This document shows positions 51,278 to 64,000 of a DNA stretch of 64,000 nt, in pieces (the stretch's first letter is position 1; each line of letters starts with the position of its first letter). Position numbers and translations under genes: made by a program. This stretch comes from Podarcis gaigeae (lineage: Eukaryota). The stretch lies in NCBI GenBank assembly GCA_964106915.2, contig OZ066918.1. The stretch is one strand, 5' to 3'. The notes beneath the pieces were generated by a model, which worked only from the letters and a program-made list of their open reading frames with translations, was not told the DNA's origin and did no database searches.

Positions 51278-51481
51278 CAGTGTGTTTTTACATGAGTAGA
51301 ATGTGTCCTTTTATTTAAAATGCATCTCTGAATTATTTGTGCGGCCTGCCTGGTGTTTTTACATGAGTAGAATGTGTGCTTCTATTTAAAATGCATCTAT
51401 GGGTTATATAGTCTGCCCCTCCCCCACAAGGTCTGAGGGACAGTGGACCAGCCCCCTGCTGAAAATGTTTGCTTACCCCTG
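51278..51481. mobile_element. hAT (Charlie-like) element end with two ~73-bp internal repeats
   Basis: Ends ccccctgctgaaaatgtttgcttacccctg; tgtttttacatgagtagaatgtgt...tatttaaaatgcatct present twice. Confidence 0.65.
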
Positions 51482-53159
51482 GTTTAAACCAATAAAGAAT
51501 GCTAGATTGTGCCACTCAAAGGTAACTGCCAGCTGGTTATAAGAGCTAGATATATGCGGGTCACAATTCTACAAAAGCAACAGAGACTTCATGGTAAACT
51601 CTAAAAGCAAATTAGATTAGACAGCCTTTGTTAACCCAAGAAGATGCTGACATTAAGCAGTAAGACAATTGCATCACATGGTAGGTTCTGGGAGCAGCAG
51701 CCCTCACCCCCAGCCATTCCTTCTGAGACCACCCTGACCATTGCCAGTGCACCACTGGTATCTCACATACTCCCTAAACTAGCCCACTTCCTTCAGATGC
51801 ACTGAATGATGTTATCCATCCTCAGTGTAGAAACAAGATTCAGTGGCCAGTCCTATACATGGAATGAGGAAACACAGCAGCATTGTGTCTTTTTCCACAG
51901 GTGGTATGATATATTGGGCCAGCCCTGCCTGAGACTTAAAACTGATGTTACTTTGGACAGGTTGCAGGAGCCCTGTGAGAGCAATAATTGCACAGGATCA
52001 GATATATGCAATATTTTACACCTAAAGAAGCTTTAAAGTACATTTCCTCTAGAGCAAGTACCCAGCAAATGGTAGCTAAATAATCTGGATGGAAAGCTTT
52101 GACGGTTCAAGTTTGGCCCCTAGAATTTTGTTATTTCCTCTAGACCAGCTAAAAAAATCCTGAGGTATTTTTTCCTGTGCTTCATAGGCCCATCATATAT
52201 AGCTCATTGGTTTTGAATGTTCAGCTTCACTAATTTCACACACACAAAACGTAAGTATGCTAGGAGATGAGTTCCAGGACTCTTCTGAATGTTTGTTTGG
52301 ATTAAGAGTATAAATGATCAAGAAGGATACTGCCAAGATATTTTTTTTTTAAGCCCACCCATTTCCAGGAAATTCTTAGGCCCTGTACCAAGAATTTTAT
52401 TTTATTTTTAACTTAGGTGAGGTAGAAAGAACAACATTATTGTCTTCAAGGTTAGTGAATCAGGTACATAGTTCAATTTGTATTTCTTATCCTCAGTGGC
52501 CAACATTTACTTTCAGAGAACTGAAGAATAAGAAAGCAAGTTATGAATTTACCATAATAAGGTAAGTTCTTGTCATACAACAATGACCCACTGCGTTGCC
52601 AGAGGCACTCAAAGCAGTTGCATGAGCTCATTCAAAATGTCACTGAAATCAGAGATCACTCAAACTAAAGTTTTACTGGACATGTTTTACATTTATTCCC
52701 AAATATGATAATGGGCAGATGCACTCACAATGATTCAAATTAAATGGCATGATTTCCTGAGAAATAGTCAGACTCTGCCTTCTCTGAATTATTAGCTCAA
52801 ATAACCCACATTTAGAGATGGGTGCACAATTATACAGCTACATCTGATTATGTAATTCTTGCACACTTATACCCTGCCCAAGTATTCCTAGTGATTTTAG
52901 TAATTTGAAGACCGTGGCCTGTCACTCCAGAATTCAAAGCAATTATTCAATAAAATATTATTATTAGATGATTGAAACTTATTTTACTTCTTTCTTTAGC
53001 CTTACCTGAGTGTGTTTCCCCCCATGGAGTGGGGTAAGCTCTGAGCACTCTCAGATGGCTTTGATTATCTAGATTCATTTCTGCAGTTTTTTTACTTAGA
53101 ACAGAGAACGTCTTGGACAACCTTGGTCAGGTGAAGGATAGGGAAAGTAAAAGTGCTTT

Positions 53160-53345
53160 ACTGGGGAACTCGCTTTTCATGAGAAAAGTAACAGGTCCAA
53201 TCCCATGCATCTCCAGCTAGAGCTGGGGAAGACTCCTGTCTGAAAGATGAAATTCCTCCTGGAGAGGCATTACCAGTCAGTTTACAGTGTAGAAAGTACT
53301 GAGATAGATGGACCAAAGGTTTGACATATATCAAGGCAGCTTCCA
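53160..53345 (+). mobile_element. Squam3-like SINE, degraded
   Basis: gcatctccag...ctggagag...ccagtcag...tactgagatagatggacca...aaggcagcttcc. Confidence 0.6.
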
Positions 53346-53454
53346 GGACCAGTAGCTGTAGCATCATATCTTTCAGGAATTGTTCTTGCTCTTCTCTTTG
53401 AGGAGTTGCTTTTGATGATGACTACTTAAAAATTTAAATTTGTGAAAAACACGG

Positions 53455-53860
53455 TGTCAGGACTGGTCGTTGTCCTTTTCAGATCACCACACAAAAGCTT
53501 CTTGTTCTTTTATAAAACTTTTTATTGCGTATTAACAAAACATTCTTATAAACGGTTCTTAACTATTATTCCTCAGAGTCACTTATTTCAGATACCTTCT
53601 GAGCTCTGCTTCTCTCAAAATGGCGAAGGCGCCCTTCCCTTCGCTTTCCCGCTCTTTTTTCCAACCTCCTGGCTAGAGCTGGCTTGTATCTCCCCTCCTC
53701 CGAATCTGAGCTAGAACTTAACCCTTGCCTTTCCTATGAACAGCCAGTCCCTCCCTGTTGTTCCTCTTGCTCTCTTCTGTTAGATTCACTGCTCTCCTTC
53801 CCCCCTTGGCGAATGCTTTCTCCCTCTGAGAAACTGGAAACTTCTAACTCTTCCCTGACA
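53455..53860 (-). mobile_element. Solo LTR (406 bp)
   Basis: TG...CA ends with 7-bp inverted termini tgtcagg/cctgaca; perfect 5-bp TSD cacgg (53450-53454 and 53861-53865). AATAAA on minus at ~53522 is the only basis for the strand call. Confidence 0.85.
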
Positions 53861-54109
53861 CACGGCATCTAGATTATTGACTGGCACTCGCGGTGTGGAA
53901 AAATTTGAGCTCCTATAAAAACATATTCACTGGCTTTCTGTGTGATTCCGGCCATAATTCAAAGTACTCCTTTCTGAACATTATATCTATTTATGGCTTG
54001 GGATTTGGGAATTTGAAGAACTCCCTACTCCTTGAACCAACTCAGTCATAAAGTTCCTCTGCAGATACTCTTCACTGGGTACTTCTGCGTTCTGATTTGA
54101 TTGACATCA

Positions 54110-54130
54110 TGTGTGTGTGTGTGTGTGTGT
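54110..54130. repeat. (TG)n microsatellite
   Basis: Direct run. Confidence 0.9.
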
Positions 54131-57100
54131 TGCCTAGTTATACAACTACGTCCTCAGAGATGTTGACCAGGCCCTACATTTTAGGTGCCAAATAGAAGCA
54201 CATATCTTTGTTCATGGTTTCATGGAATTACAATATTTGTTCTTGCTGCTTTTTTGGAAACATACTGCTCTGTTGTGTACTGCTACTGTTTACCGGTATT
54301 TCAGTCTAGTTGCAGACTGTTTATTCTGTTGTTCTATAAATTTGCTTTCTTTTTAACACATTTGATTTTAAAAATTTCAATTTATGTGTTTTGTTTTAAC
54401 CTGTTTTGGGAATCTTCTTTTAAGATAGAAAGGTTGAATAGTATTATCTTAAATAAATAATAAATAGTTTCTGAACCCTTGCTTGGAAACTTGTCAAAAG
54501 TGTTTGCATACTAGTTACATGTCTCAAGGAGACAGTTTTAATTTCTGTACAACAGAACTCTTAACGATGATGGTGATAGTTATTGGAAATGTCTCTTTAT
54601 TCTAAATGTATAGACATCTTGAATCTCTCAATGTAGATGGCTACATCTTTTCCAATGTTTTTCATTCTGTTTTTATTCCAAACCCACTTCAGCTTCAAGT
54701 TAATTATATGAGGAAGCACAGGAGCTGATTTTCCTTAAATATGAAGCAGTAAAATATGTGGCAAGTTGGAAACTAGATAATTTAAGAATGTGAATGATCA
54801 CTCCAGATTTTTGAACATAACAGTAGAAAGATACCATGATATTCAATGTGTATAGCAAATAACTGCTAAGCTAAAATCTGTTAGCTTACAGTTACTTACT
54901 TATTATTATTTTTGCTTATTATTTATAAACATATTTATATCCTGCCCAATCATAAAAATATCACATCAGTTAACAATAATACAGCTATATAATAAAATGC
55001 ATAAAAAATTAAATAAGAGAATATCAACTATCATAATTTTCAAATTCGTATATGACTATTACTGTTTGGATTACATGTGAAATATAGTAGAAACAATGAT
55101 TGGTCTCTCTCTCAAGTGGTTTTGTTTGTGCAAGCTTAAGGTATTTTAGCTACTTCTGTGTGGCCACTTTTAAATTCTAACAAGGTTTCCAAAGGGCTCA
55201 TTATTATAAATTCCAATGGATGACATGCATTAAGTCTTACTTAAGAAGAAGTATTGAACACACTGAAATTCTGATCAGCTGTTCAGAAAATTCTATCACA
55301 TTAAGTCTCTCATTTACACAGTTCTTTTGTACCTTGGATTCTCCATTACATTTAATAACTTTGTGCACTGACACAATGCACTACTTATAGCAGGTTTACA
55401 AAACTGAAACTCGATTAAAAAAAAAAAGATTCAACCACCAGCAAACTCTCCACTGACCACACACTCAGAAGAAAAGCACTTGGTTCTTTTTGTCTGTTAT
55501 TCAGAATTGTGCCTGGGGATAAAGGAGGGGGATTTAGAGCATAGAAAGAGAAAAAGAGACTTCAGTGTTTTGTAATAAGCTTTGTATGAGAGGAAATGCT
55601 TACTAATTGAATGTAACGGTTTGTGGGATAAGGTATTTCAAAAGAAAACGCCAGTTGCTCAGGGTGTTTTAATGAATGGGCTTACAGTAAAGTAATAAAC
55701 AAAATAATAATTCAGGAATTTAGGAAAGGGCAAAGTTGAAAGTGAAAAACCAAGTTCAAACATTTTCTCATGGCACCCTATATAGGTGTCTATAAATCAA
55801 TGAACCATAGAATGAGTGGGAGAACAAGCAGGAGAGACAAAATATTGAAGACACAAAATCAGCCCAAAATTTAAACTCACGGATTCAATTGAAATACAGC
55901 GAGAGCAGGTACTCCTGGCAAATATGGGGCTATTGTGTGATGGGGTGTAGTTTATTACTTGAGAAAAGTTAGGAAGAAACACTTTCACAATCTGTCCCAC
56001 TTTTCCATGATAGAAACAGTACCACTTGTCACAAAACCATCTCTAGGAACCCCGAAATAAATGTGAAAAGAGAGTGCAAGATGACCATCCAGAAATGCAC
56101 AGATGTCTCACACATCTTATCAGATTGTGGAATACCACCATAAAAACAGCTGAAAACAGTTGCATTTGCTTCCCATCTCTTAGCTTCATTCTCCTATGCC
56201 AGTCCTGAATCTTTTCTTTAAAAGAAAGGGAAAGTACAGGAATGCACTCCTTTTTGTGTGTACACACACAACAAGAAATGATAATATACAATACATCTTA
56301 CTACAGTGGGTAAGACTCTCACCAGGTGACCTAGGTGCTAACTGTTGACAATTTCAAGGCCGCTACTCTCCCTTCCTCTGGTTCTTTATCTTTAAATAGT
56401 ACTTAGATCAAGCCCTTCCCACAGGAGACTGTAACACAAAGTACATGGCTATCCCAGCTGAGAGTTCTGCCTCAACCAACTATGATGATCCCTTAAGCTG
56501 GGATCTTTGGTCAGTTCTTTCAGACTGTGTGATACAAGCTGCTTGGGTAGCAAAATGTATTGGTCCAACCCTGAATGTGCTTGTGAAAAATTATTCATAC
56601 AACTAATTTGTCACAGCACAGGATTGCCTAAATCCATGCATGGGGGAAATCATCCAACCACAAGTGGAACAGTTATTTAGTTCAGTTCATATAGCCAGAA
56701 ACTTAACGTAGTCTTAAATGCTACCTTAAAAATACAGATGAGCTCTGATTTGGGTAAATAATGATGGGCTGTTATTTGCCTTTATAACAACTAATGACTA
56801 ACACTCACACCGAACCTTCACAGTAAATCCCAGTAAATCCCAGTGTAGTGGTAAGAATACTCAATTACAGATTTTACTTGTTTTGCAGAAACTACACCCT
56901 GTCTCTGCTGGATAGTAATTAACACACATTACTACAGTTATAGCACATCTCTGAAATTGTATAATTAAATATTGTCTGCTGTAAGGCATTTATGACAGCA
57001 TCAGAAAAGTACTGTCAAGTTCTTACTAGTTCAGAAACTATGATATGTGAATTTGGAACACTTTCAAAAAACCATTTCTGAAATGATGAACACCTTACTC

Positions 57101-57503
57101 AATTACACACCAGTTTTATTTCCCATTTTACAGGTAGAAAGAGGTTATCTTAAACAACTGGTCTCCATTATATTACTAAAAAACACAAAATAACAGTTTC
57201 ACAAAAATCTTTGAAATAGGTTCCAACCTCTTATCACTGAAAAAGGCAACTTGGAGAGTTTCTTATCTTAAGCTCCAGTGGGGTACTATTTATAAATCAT
57301 CCTGATAATTTGCCTTGGTTGAACATCAACTGGTATTTTACAGAGATGACAACATTATGGGGTGCTGTAAAATATTTAGTAGTATCTGAAGAGACTAAGT
57401 TGCAATTTTGTGGACCTCTGAGGAACTAAGTAAGGGTTATAGTCAAAACCATCCTATTATTTATTTTGTTCAACGTGGGATTTTGGAAATACTATTTCCA
57501 TTA

Positions 57504-57872
57504 AAAAGGTAAAGGTGAAGGTACCCTTGCCCATACGGGCCAGTCTTGATAGACTCTAGGGTTGTGCGCTCATCTCACTCTAGAGGCCGGGAGCCAGCGC
57601 TGTCCGCAGACACTTCCGGGTCACGTGGCCAGCGTGACAAAGCTGCTCCGGCGAACTGGCACCAGAGCAGCACACGGAACGCCGTTTACCTTCCCGCTAT
57701 AAAGCGGAACCTATTTATCTATTTGCACTTAAGGGTGCTTTCAAACTGCTAGGTGGGCAGGAGCTGGGACCGAAAGACAGGAGCTCACCCCGCCGCGGGG
57801 ATTCGAACCGCCGACCATGCGATCGGCAAGTCCTAGGCACTGAGGTTTTACCCACAGCGCCACCCGCGTCCC
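57504..57872 (-). mobile_element. Sauria SINE, full length, young
   Basis: 13-bp TSD actatttccatta (57491-57503 and 57873-57885); head gggacgcgggtggcgctgtgg with B-box ggttcgaatcc on minus; CpGs retained. Confidence 0.95.
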
Positions 57873-59280
57873 ACTATTTCCATTAGATAACTATAATTTC
57901 AATGTTTTTAATGCCATAATTTAAATTTATTTTAATTAATGAAACACCATGACTCATTAATAAATTCAAATGGAGCTTATGCCCAAACCTTAGGTAAATG
58001 TCATTCTACTTTGTCCCACAGAACACTTAAATCAAGTTTTTATTCCCTCCACCCCAAAATAATGTTGCCTCCTTGAAGAAGGAATATGAAAGAAGAAGGT
58101 ATTCGGAATGGGAAGTTGGAGCTATTTCCAAAGTTGGCTTATTTCAACTAGTTCAAGAGTGAAAATGGTTTGTTTGGGTTTGGACGACACAGAAAGCTGC
58201 AGTTAATCCAAACTGAAGTGAAAGTTCCTGAACTCCTCCTCATGTCTGCACCAACGGATGAGGAAGTATATTAGCTGAAGGCTTGCTGCAGTTTATTCTC
58301 ATTACCACTATAGCCAAATGAAGTCTGAAGGTGAAGCTTCCAGAAGAATGACTTGAAAAAAAATCCAAGCACATACACAAAAATGATTTATCTCTGGTGA
58401 AAGTTTTAAAGCAAGGTAATTCTTTTACCAGTTTACTTGGAAAAGTACCATGTAGTTGTTCAAAGTTTATATGAGACTATACCGACTGCAGAATGACCAT
58501 TTCTCTATGCCTTTAAAAAATATCTGAGCACGGAGGTGGAGTGAAGCAAGCATTATCTGAGGAGTCTGCTACTGTTTGCCACAGGGGAGACACGTGAAAA
58601 GCTTCATGTACTTTGTGTTCTGACTTTAGACAAAAAGATATAAAGGATTATTTAAACAAGGCATAATCCAACAGGCAGCAGCTAAGATACACTTAAAATA
58701 AAGAGTAAACTTGTCCTTCACCCCCTTTTGTATTTCCAACCCAACCCACTCCAAATGGTACCAAAAGGTCAATTCGACCTGTATCCTTTTTGGAAGCCAA
58801 ATACCAGGTGCTTGTAATTTCCCCAGAACAAATCAAAAAGAGAAAAAGGATGATCACTGAAAAGGTCAATTTGTAGCTAGATCCAAGGAACATTTAGCGT
58901 ACTGTATGTTGTTGCTCAAAGAACAAAATGTGAATCCGCCACTTGCTTAGTGCTAACAGAAGGCTACAGAATAAAATTGTGATTCTCCCTCCATTGCAAA
59001 AAACCATCATTCCATTCATGGTGGAAACTATAGCTATATAGTTTCTTTCCCCAAATACACAAGTGTGTTCTATGTACTTATAATGCAAAGCGAAAGTATG
59101 CTGAAGACACATACACGAGTGACCCAGAATTATAAGTAAAACTAGAGATTACAGTATCTGAATGTACAAATTTTAAATTCTGCATCAGATATCTTACATC
59201 TGGTCTTCTTTTCTCTCTCTCTTAGCCTATCCCATGCACTTTCAAAACGGAGGGAGGAAGGCATGAGCACTACCATCTTG

Positions 59281-59609
59281 CATACCCTCCAACCTCTTTC
59301 TGATGAAAATAGAACGTCCCATTCCATAATGATAATTTTACTATTCATACCCCACACATCTTACTGGGTTGCCCCAGGTTCCAACATATATAAAAACATA
59401 ATAAAACATTAAACATTTAAAAACTTCCCTATAAAGGATTGCTTTCAGACCGCTCAGGGGGTTGGGTAACTCCATACCCTCAAACATTTCTCCAATGAAA
59501 ATAGAGGCACCCTAAGGAAAAGAGGGACATTCCGGGATCAAATCAGAAACTGGGACGGCTTCACTAAATCAGGGACGTCCCTGGAAAATAGGGACACTTG
59601 GAGGGTCTG
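59281..59609. mobile_element. Composite TIR non-autonomous DNA element with 7-bp TSD
   Basis: TIR cataccctccaa / ttggagggtctg; direct repeat catcttg at 59274-59280 and 59610-59616; second left-end copy at 59473; internal L2-like tail. Confidence 0.75.
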
Positions 59610-60411
59610 CATCTTGGAATTCAGTTTTATCATGGAGGCCACCATCTGGCATATATTGCCGTATCTAAAATAGGCAGGCCAGTTTTGTGTTAACGAACAC
59701 CACATGCATATCAACATTCCATGTAACACTCATGCTTCAGTCAGAACGAAGCTCAATCAGAAACGTACATATGCCATAGCTGCCAACAAGGAAACCAAGA
59801 GCATGATCAGTTTCAGAGGACGTTAGGAACCTCCTAAAAGTCTGCCAAATGTTTTCAGATTGATCCTGAAAATGAAAGCAATCTACATACGACAGAAGCC
59901 CTATTCGCATGTTCTGGACACAATGCATGGGGAGGGAAAAACAGGAACAAATACTAGCCCTGCCCCCACTTCCCTTTCCTCATTGCCTTCTGCATGTTGA
60001 ATGGCAGCTCTCTTCAGCAAGGAAGCCTTTATGAAGGCTTTTTTTGGAGTCTTTATTTTCCACGGTTCTAAAATTCATGGGAGTCACAACAAGTGGAGGC
60101 AGTTCCCTTGTTGCAGAGAGTCATTCTTCAATATGTTGTGGGCAATGGGGGCAGGGGCGGGGCTAGAATGCTATCCCTTCCAATATGTTGGTTAAGCCCT
60201 ATTCAGACTGTCTAAATTGGATTTCCTGGTATTAAACCCCAAACAGAACTTGGTACCTTAAAAACAGCTGCAAGGGCCCTGAAGTGGATCACAGAAGCAG
60301 AAGAGGGAAAGAAGATTAATGTTTCTTTGCAGTATTTTCTTATCTATAATCTAGACCACCACACCACACACTGCTGCTAGTCCTGTTGGATGAACGGGGT
60401 AGTACCTATAT

Positions 60412-60549
60412 CAGGCATAGGCAATCTCGGCCCTCCAGCTGTTTTGCGACTACACCTCCCATCATCCCTAGCTAACAGGACCAGTGGTCAGGGATGGTGG
60501 GAATTGTAGTCTCAAAAAACATCTGGAGGGCCGAGTTTGCCTATGCCTG
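60412..60549. mobile_element. Palindromic hAT-like MITE
   Basis: caggcataggcaa...ctcggccctccag / ctggagggccgag...ttgcctatgcctg; whole element folds back; no TSD seen. Confidence 0.8.
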
Positions 60550-61244
60550 ACAGCAGGTGGAAGGAGAAAGAAATTTCTGATGGAGAAATGGTGTTGCCCT
60601 GATCCAGGGTCTCCCACTTCCAAAGCAGCTGTATATGATGAGATTGATCATGGGTGTCCTGAGGGACATGAGGTTAGCTTTTTAATGTGAAAGGTTATTC
60701 AGAAAGAAATGGCAGATATTTAGAACAAAAATAACATATCAACTCCTACTTGTGATATTATTTCACCTTAAGAATTCATCTCCTAAAGAAAGAAACGGGG
60801 ATCAATATAAAGCTCTGGATTCAGTATGGTGCCATAGTGTTCTGGCTTCTTCTCACTTAAGTGTAGTGCTAAATGAGACCTAATCTGGTTATCTTTTTCA
60901 CTTTAGCAGACTAGGAGTTCATGTTGACCATTTACGTAGCCTTATGATAATCATGTTACAGGTTTCTCAAGAGGTACTTAAATCTTCCAGTAGCCCCACC
61001 TGACTCCTGCACTTATCTTTTCTTCTTAATCAAGGGCATTAAAAAAAAAAATCTATTCAGCAAAATTTGATTATTTTGCTATTAGCTAGTGAAGCTATTT
61101 TCTGTATGGGATAGAAGGGCCGTAAAAAACACTTACACTGCAAAATTCTTATATATGTAGCAAAAAAGTGAGGCAGGGGGAAGGGAACACAACTCTAAAT
61201 TATCCAGCCTAAACATTGGCTGCACTGCATGTTCTAATATTATA

Positions 61245-61611
61245 GTAAAAGGTAAAGGTACCCCTGCCCATACGGGCCAGTCGTGTCCGACTCTAGGGTT
61301 GTGCGCCCATCTCACTTAAGAGGCCGGGGGCCAACGCTGTCCAGAGACACTTCCGGGTCACGTGGCCAGCGTGACGAAGCTGCTCTGGCGAGCCAGCACC
61401 AGCACAGCACACGGAAACGCTGTTTACCTTCCCCGCTATAAAGCGGTACCTATTTATCTACTTGCACTTAAGGGTGCTTTCGAACTGCTAGGTGGGCAGG
61501 AGCTGGGACTGAAAGACGGGAGCTCACCCTGCCGCGGGGATTCGAACCGCCGGCCATGCGGTCGGCAAGCCCTAGGCACTGAGGTTTTACCCACAGCGCC
61601 ACCCGTGTCCC
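61245..61611 (-). mobile_element. Sauria SINE, full length, young
   Basis: TSD ttctaatattata / ttctagtattata (1 mismatch); near-identical to 57504-57872. Confidence 0.95.
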
Positions 61612-63197
61612 TTCTAGTATTATACCCAGGTTCAATAATATACACAGGAAAATATTTAAATATTTGTTTGTATAATTTCAGAATGTAGCAGACTAATCTG
61701 AACTACTAACATCATATAAAGAAATGCTTTTTAACAGTCTAAGTCTGGTGTCATACTCACACTGCCTGTGGTTTAGGACTGGTCTCAATACACCCTAAGC
61801 AGACCCTCTTAGGAGCTGCCCATGCCCTGCACACAGCATACCTGTCTGTACAGGATGAGTGCATGCTTCCGGGGGGGATCAGGATAATGCGTGCAAGGTC
61901 CCACCTCAATGGTGCATAGGCTCTGACCATGTGAACCATACTCCACAAAAAAATTACATGGCACGTAGAAGCTCTGTCATGGAGCTCAGGGACAGGATCA
62001 CCAGGCACAATCCTATTCCCACCACCATAATCATGCCATGTGCTTCCAAAGGTGTCCTGCAGTATGAAATTCAATCCAGGAAAGTAGGGCTGGGTGTGGA
62101 AAGGAACCCTCTATCACTTCAGTGGCTAAGGTTTAAAAATTGCCCTTGCTTGTTCAAATATTGCCTCAATTGGGTTTAATGAGTTGGGAACAAAGAGCTA
62201 TTCTTCTGGCTGCCACAGTATTTAATCTGCAAACACAGGCCACAGATGATAAAACACTTTTTATAAAAAAATACAAATGCCTGTCTTCTCTTGGATGGCG
62301 ACTATCATTGCGGCAGTGTAAATCAAACTGGCTTTTTGAGCTTCAGTCAGACTGTTTTAAGAGGGGAAAGTGGAACAATTTAGAGTTCATCAATTATATC
62401 ACATCAAATTAGCCTCCATCATAGACTCAGCTCGACGGCTTTCATCTATTCTAATTTACAACAGAAAGGACAGCCAAGTACAAAATAGTAGCAATGACAG
62501 AGTCAAAGGGAAGCTCTTTGGCTTTACTTAGCAAGAGTGATGGTGCTTTTCAAGAGCAGCTTCCTTTTGGATCAAAATCTCCAGCCATAATTAGTTCCTT
62601 AAGTCCAGCTTCATCAGATAGCTTCTATCCTCATTTAAGGTACTGGAACGATAAACATCTTTTTATCAATCCTGTAGTTTCTGTCCTCCTACAAGTCATG
62701 TTTTATATGTAGTTTATATCAGACAGGGAACCTGTTGTTGCAGCTGAAGACCTTAAAGTGAAGCCCTTATCAGGCACAGCAGTTGTATGCCACAAGTGAT
62801 CTATTCTGCTAGAAACCATCTCTTACGTTTACTTATCAATATATAATGAAATGCTATCAGTGTAACTCAATTGACTTTTATAATTTGGTATTCACTGTGA
62901 GCATTTCAATACACTGCAACAGCAACTATTTAAATCATTGTGAAAGGGAACATCACATATTGAACCATGTGCAGATTTCATCATTATTCAATTGTCTAAA
63001 TTGGCAAAATCCACTCCCTTGTGAAAGGTTATTTCAACAACCTCTACACAAAGTCCTGCAACTGAAACACAGCAAAAACCAAATTAATACTGAGTCTTTG
63101 TACAAATGGGGTGCTTAAGAAAACACCCTAAAATTTCTTTGTTTTGCTTGGTGGATTTAGAGGCTTTCACCATTCTACCTTGTATTTAAAACTAACA

Positions 63198-63508
63198 CCC
63201 AATCTGCACTATACATTTAAAGTAATACTGTACCACTTCAAACCATCATGGGTTTTGCCCAAAGAATCCTAGAAACTGTGATGTATTAAGGGTGCCAAGA
63301 GCTGTTAGGAGAACTCTATTCCTCTTATAGAGCTACAATTCCCAGAATTCACTGGGAAGAGGGATTCACTGTTAAACCACTCTGGAACTATAGTTCTGTG
63401 AGGGGAATGGGGATCTCTTAACAACTCTCAGCACCCTAAACAAACTACAGCTTCCAGGGCAACTGTTTAAAGTGGTAAGATACTGCTTTAAATGTATACA
63501 CAGATGGG
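63198..63508. mobile_element. Long palindromic MITE
   Basis: tatacatttaaagtaata..taccactt / aagtggta..tactgctttaaatgtata, plus further nested inverted segments. Confidence 0.7.
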
Positions 63509-63825
63509 ACCAAAGCAAGTTAGCAGATCTATTGACTTGACAAAGCTTTTATGTTTGTTTGTTTTTAAAGTATTTTTAATGACTTTTGTCAGTGCAACAA
63601 AATAGCACTTCATGAGACAAAAGCAAAAACTAAACCAAACCAAACCAAGGCTGGCATGGGATGTTACATGTTTCTGATTACATAGTTTCAAAATTATTTC
63701 TATCAACTCAAGAACGTTAAATGACTGGCTCCATGGTTTGCCTAGGAGTGTCAGCGACCTTTTTTTCTTGTTGCTAAATAGTTGTTTTTTTCTGTGCAAC
63801 TTTATGAACTACCTTGGATAACGTT

Positions 63826-64000
63826 AAAGGTAAAGGGACCCCTGACCGTTCGGTCCAGTCGTGGACGACTCTGGGGTTTCAGCGCTCATCTCGCTTTATT
63901 GGCCGAGGGAGCCAGCGTACTGCTTTCGGGTCATGTGGCCAGCATGACTAAGACACTTCTGGCGAACCAGAGCAGTGCATGGAAACACTGTTTACCTTCC
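63826..64000 (-). mobile_element. Sauria SINE 3' part, cut by window end
   Basis: aaaggtaaagggacccctgacc..., same subfamily as 47466-47814. Confidence 0.9.

Larger units (their letters stand above)
49255..64000 (-). other. ATRNL1: ATRNL1 intron upstream of the MASRPF exon (continues beyond window end)
   Basis: AG acceptor at 49256-49255. I did not see the preceding exon (ending ...WASRRRE) in the window. Confidence 0.7.

Noticed and set aside
57780-57872. tRNA-like sequences with A and B boxes (also ~61520-61611, 44420-44471, 30280-30348)
   Set aside because: These are SINE heads, not tRNA genes.

Overview
Eukaryotic (vertebrate) DNA, AT-rich and repeat-rich. The repeats (Sauria SINE, Bov-B, Squam-type SINEs) indicate a squamate reptile, probably a lacertid lizard; the species call is inference. 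The only host coding sequence I can support is one 108-bp minus-strand exon at 49147-49254 encoding QLMRERQQMASRPFASVDVALEVGAEQTDFLRGPLE, the MASRPF-motif cytoplasmic exon of ATRNL1. The rest of the window is therefore most likely two very long ATRNL1 introns. These hold a full-length inactivated Bov-B LINE with TSD, an internally deleted Chapaev3-type transposon, five Sauria SINEs, a solo LTR with 5-bp TSD, RTE and CR1 fragments, many Tc1/mariner- and hAT-type MITEs, microsatellites and a 135-N gap. Nearly all ORFs in the supplied track are chance or TE-antisense frames. I found no convincing new multi-gene system. The most unusual signals are small-scale: templated fold-back duplications (one at the truncated 5' junction of a SINE, inside its TSD), a composite MITE carrying a LINE tail, an imperfect hairpin just past the ATRNL1 donor site, a same-strand bias of Bov-B-driven insertions, and a speculative alternative ATRNL1 C-terminus. 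Family names come from my recognition of the sequences, not from database searches.
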